Below are positions 62,603 to 64,000 of a stretch of 64,000 nucleotides of DNA, piece by piece. The notes under the pieces are model-generated. The model was not told the DNA's origin. It made no database searches and worked only from the letters and a program-made list of their open reading frames with translations. Within the stretch, counting starts at the first letter, position 1. Each line of letters begins with the position of its first letter. The DNA comes from Alphaproteobacteria bacterium. GTDB lineage: Bacteria > Pseudomonadota > Alphaproteobacteria > Bin95. The position numbers and the translations under genes are program-made. Where the stretch lies: the NCBI GenBank assembly GCA_965205265.1, contig CBDBGH010000003.1:3360001-3424000 (forward strand). Reading direction: 5' to 3'.

Positions 62603-63205
62603 ATGGCGGTCATGGTTGACCATGACAGATGGCTCATTCCTCTGGTCCTGGCCGGCCTCTGCACGGCGGCGATGGCGGTGCTGGTCGCCGGCCTCGCGCT
62701 GGCACTCGGCACGACCGGGCACGACTGGTACGCCGCCTGGAAGTTCACGCTGGTCGAGGCCATGCTGGCCATCGGCTTCGGCGATTACGGGCTGGTCGAA
62801 TACCGCACGGCGGCCGGCGAAACCGTCACCGTCGAGCGCTACCGTCTCGCCCATATGATGCACGAAGCGTGGCGGGCGCGCCGGCTGATCCTCTCCCTGG
62901 CGTCGGACCGCGCGGTGCTGGGCGCGTGCACCGGGCTTTCCCTGGTAGCACTGTGGCTTTCGGTGCGGGCGGCGCTGGGCCTGCGGCACCTCTGGAGCGG
63001 CCGCGGGGCGGTTGTCGAGCGGGCGCGGGCCGATCGCCCGCCGCCGGACCGATTGCCGGCCTGCGACCCTCCCGGTCCTGCGAAACCTCCGCCCGTCGAC
63101 GTGGGGCAAGGCAAGTCCCGTGTTGACAAGGACAACAGGGCGGAACCCGACACGGAGCCCGCGTGCCAGGCGCGCCGGCATCGCCAGTACGGGCGCTGGG
63201 TCTGA
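62603..63205 (+). CDS. Two-TM membrane protein, possibly a coupling-protein N-terminus without ATPase
   Basis: Two hydrophobic segments, Pro-rich tail, stop overlaps relaxase ATG; no Walker motif. Confidence 0.5.
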   Translation: MAVMVDHDRWLIPLVLAGLCTAAMAVLVAGLALALGTTGHDWYAAWKFTLVEAMLAIGFGDYGLVEYRTAAGETVTVERYRLAHMMHEAWRARRLILSLASDRAVLGACTGLSLVALWLSVRAALGLRHLWSGRGAVVERARADRPPPDRLPACDPPGPAKPPPVDVGQGKSRVDKDNRAEPDTEPACQARRHRQYGRWV

Positions 63206-64000
63206 TGGTTGCCTCGACCGGCGCGGTGGCGAGCCCGTCCCAGGGGGCGCACTACTACGAGGCGGACGGCTACTACGCGAAGGATTCGCCCGAGCACCGG
63301 GCGGCGAGTGCCTGGGCGGGCCGGGGCACGGAAGCGCTCGGCCTCCGGGGCCCGGTCGATGCGGATGCGTTCAGGGCGGTGCTGGAGGGCGAAGTCCCGG
63401 ACGGCTCGGGGAAGCGGCTCGGTCGCCGCATGGGCGACGGCGGGATCCGCCACCGTCCCGGCCGCGACCTGACCTTCAGCGCGCCGAAGTCGGTGTCCCT
63501 CGCGGCGCTGGTCGGCGGCGACGGGCGCATCGTGGAGGCCCACGACCGGGCGGTCGGGCGCGCGCTCGACTGGTTCGAGAGCAACGCCGCCGAGACCCGG
63601 ATGCAGGATGCCGTCACGGGCCGCATGGTCCGGGCCGGCGATCAAAGGACGGTGGTCGCCCGGTTCCGGCACGAGACCTCCCGCAACCTCGACCCGGCGC
63701 TGCATACGCACTCCGTGATCGCCAACATGCTGCTCGGCCCGGACGGGAAATGGCGCACCATGGCGAACGAGAGCCTGTATGCCTCGAAGATGCTGCTGGG
63801 GGCGCTCTACCGGAGCGAGCTTGCCGGGGAACTGGCGAGGCTCGGTTACGGTATCGAGCGGACCCATGCCGACGGGCGCTTCGAGATCGCCGGCGTCTCG
63901 CGGCATGTCATCGAAGCGTTCTCGACGCGCCGGGCCGAGATCGAGGCGGCGATGGCGGGCCGGGGCTTGGGGTCCACGGCGGAGAACCAGCATGCCGCCC
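63205..64000 (+). CDS. MobF (TrwC/TraI-type) conjugative relaxase, runs off window end
   Basis: Manual translation MVASTGAV...HYYEADGYY...WAGRG...DLTFSAPKSVS...HETSRNLDPALHTH...FSTRRAEI. Confidence 0.95.
   Translation, partial: MVASTGAVASPSQGAHYYEADGYYAKDSPEHRAASAWAGRGTEALGLRGPVDADAFRAVLEGEVPDGSGKRLGRRMGDGGIRHRPGRDLTFSAPKSVSLAALVGGDGRIVEAHDRAVGRALDWFESNAAETRMQDAVTGRMVRAGDQRTVVARFRHETSRNLDPALHTHSVIANMLLGPDGKWRTMANESLYASKMLLGALYRSELAGELARLGYGIERTHADGRFEIAGVSRHVIEAFSTRRAEIEAAMAGRGLGSTAENQHAA

Overview
High-GC alphaproteobacterial chromosome segment. Bases 1-26.6 kb are mostly core genes: pyk, glycerate kinase, gapR-like, atpHAGDC, priA, transaldolase, xerC and tRNA-Glu. Scattered among them are toxin-antitoxin modules, a candidate anti-Shine-Dalgarno sRNA, and a TauD gene split by an unusual 4.1-kb IS21-family element. 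That element carries a Zn-finger ORF, a catalytically degenerate Toprim-like ORF and a structured non-coding leader. From ~26.6 kb to the end is an accessory defence island: a decayed DUF2971 gene, an IS66, a tRNA-fMet-like att remnant, a SoFic-like Fic protein, and a Type ISP restriction-modification enzyme coupled to a Schlafen/AlbA_2 protein. Next is a composite CRISPR locus in which a Cas6-less type III-B (Cmr) operon with a CARF-HEPN-CARF Csx1 and a type I-G operon flank one cas4/1-cas2 module and one 34-repeat array. The island ends in an excisionase-like gene, a membrane protein and a MobF relaxase, suggesting it is cargo on an integrative mobilizable element. All calls come from reading motifs by eye; no database searches were run.
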